64,000 bases of DNA, taken from positions 1,240,001-1,304,000 of the forward strand of contig CM030337.1 of assembly GCA_017654855.1 (NCBI GenBank), read 5' to 3'. The DNA comes from Podospora anserina. Lineage: Eukaryota. Positions 62,081 through 64,000 of this stretch are shown here, piece after piece. The notes under the pieces were generated by a model. It saw only the letters and a program-made list of their open reading frames with translations. It did no database searches and had not been told where the DNA came from. The first letter of the stretch is position 1. Every line of letters begins with the position of its first letter. Both the position numbers and the translations under genes were made by a program.

Positions 62081-63704
62081 ATGGATGCCTTTGTGACCAG
62101 GCGGCCACAGAAACGCAAAACAAGCGACGACTTTGCCGTGGAATCGCATGAAGAATCGACAGACATCAAACTGGCGATTCTAGCTTCCCTTCATCCTGAT
62201 ATCGAACAAGAAATGCTTCTTGATATTCTTTTAGCGCACGACGGCGATGTCCAGGCCACATCCAACACCCTCAAATCACCATCTACCCCCCGATCTGTCA
62301 AAAAGACTGCCAACAACAGAATAGCAGGACAAACATCCCTACGAGCCTTCGCTATCGACCCATCATCCGGCGAGCCATCCCCAAAGAAACCCAAAATTCT
62401 CTCCAAAAAAGGCCAAACACTACACCTCTACGACCCGCAAGACATAAGCGAGCACACCCCCTGCACCATAATCCACAACTTCCTCCCCGCCCACGAAGCC
62501 AACGAGCTTCTATCCGAACTCCTCGAAGAGTCCAAAACATTCCAAAAGGCATCCTTCAAACTATTTGACAACATCGTCTCCAGCCCCCACACCTCGGGGT
62601 TTTACGTTGGCAGTCAGAAGGAACTGCAAGAGCAGAAGGATGACTACCACTATAACGGTGGCAGGATCAGCGTAGGTTTCTGCTCTCATTTCCCCGGCTC
62701 CGCTACTTTCATAGATTCTTACAGGATTGTACAGGATGTCCGCACCCTGACACCAAAACTAGAAGCTGTACGGGGGCGAGTGCAAGAAACAGTCAATTCG
62801 GCAATTGAAGAGCACATTCGCACTCATCACGGTGGTCAGAAGCCAAGACATCAGCCTTCTGAGCCTTGGTGTGCGAATGTAGCTTTTGTGAATTGTTACA
62901 ATGGGCCGCAGGAGAGCGTTGGTTGGGTACGTCTGTTTTCGTTCCATTTCTCTCCACATCTTATGTCCACACCACAACCCCTGAGCGTTTCCCTGCCAAC
63001 CACACCCCCTTATTCTCACTACTTGTCCCCTTCACCAACAACCCTCCATTTTATTTTAGACATATGCTAATGGTTAACAGCACACCGACCAACTAACCTA
63101 CCTCGGCCCCCGCCCCACAATTGCATCCCTTTCCCTAGGCGTAACCCGCGAGTTCCGCCTCCGTCGCATATCTTCTTTTCTGCCCTCTTCCACATCTGAC
63201 AATCCTGATCCAAACCTCCAAGGCCAGGTCTCGCTCCCCCTTCCCCACAACTCCTTGTTGATCATGCACTCCACCACCCAAGAGGAATGGAAACACTCCG
63301 TGTCACCTTCCCCAACCCTAACCCCGCACCCTGTGTCGGGCAATATCAGGATCAACATCACCTACCGCCACTATCGCTCTGCTTTTCACCCGAAATATAC
63401 ACCAAAGTGTCACTGCGGTGTGCCGGGGGTGTTGAGGGTGGTGACGAATGACACCAAGCAAGCAAACGGTGAGAGGGAGAGGAAGGAGAATCGGGGGAGG
63501 TATTTCTACATGTAAGCCCGCCTTTCCCCCTAACGTTCTTTGGCCTCCCCAAGGTGATGTGCTGATAAAACTGATCTAAGGTGCCACGCGGGTAACGTAC
63601 CCGACCCTACAAAAAAGAAGTGCGGGTGGTTTTTGTGGGGCGATTTCGACCAAGATGGAAATCCGAGGGGTCTGAATATGGCCAATCAGAGCAAGCCGAG
63701 GTGA
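62081..63704 (+). CDS. AlkB-family 2OG-Fe(II) dioxygenase with N-terminal CUE-like domain and C-terminal GRF zinc finger
   Basis: SVGW|HTD, IASLSLG, WKHSV, RINITYR; CHCG...YFYM|CHAG...CGWFLW. Introns 62672-62734, 62927-63080 and 63512-63580. Confidence 0.88.
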
Positions 63705-64000
63705 TGTCCGCCAGGGACCTCGGATCACCAACTGCCAATATTTCATGTGTGGGAGGATCTTGACAATCGACGAATGAAAAATGAGAGGGAGAGATGCCCG
63801 GTTTCTTGTGTGACGGATTCGATATTCGGTTTTGTAGAAGAACAAAACTGCGCCAATCGGAGATGGGGCCGGTCGGGGTGAGGTCCGTATGCTACAAGTC
63901 TTGTGGACTCTCCCCTCATGTCCAGATTTGAATTGTAGGGATGAACAATCAACACATGAGATGAAGCCACGACCGGTGTGATGGGGGGATTCAATTTATG

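Overview
This is gene-dense genomic DNA from a filamentous ascomycete. Short GT-AG introns with CTRAC branch sites, an AT-rich relic consistent with RIP (repeat-induced point mutation) and the gene content point to Sordariales, most likely Podospora (inference). The window opens with about 600 bp of very AT-rich relic DNA and a probable solo LTR. About 23 mostly housekeeping genes follow: an MFS transporter, Fhit/HNT2, two Zn2Cys6 transcription factors, a PPR protein, LSM4, GVP36, ARG2, a 3-hydroxyacid dehydrogenase, a small secreted protein, VMA9, ARV1, a LysM protein, SMC2, a MOSC/mARC protein, MOB3, CobW/ZNG1, NOT2, a CUE protein, a hypothetical protein, MSS116/CYT-19, PEX7 and an AlkB-GRF protein, plus an intron-containing tRNA-Ala(AGC). 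I see no novel multi-gene system. The best signals are at RNA and reading-frame level: (1) a secreted-protein gene with apparent compensating +2/+1 frameshifts across an intron; (2) a MOB3 stop codon that looks like a CAG>TAG change with 65 in-frame codons behind it; (3) a MOSC intron with two in-frame 5' splice sites flanking a structured segment; (4) a long nested hairpin in NOT2 intron 3; (5) an HNT2 intron whose retention opens a ~300-aa extension. All exon and intron calls and all base-pairings were read by eye and need confirmation.
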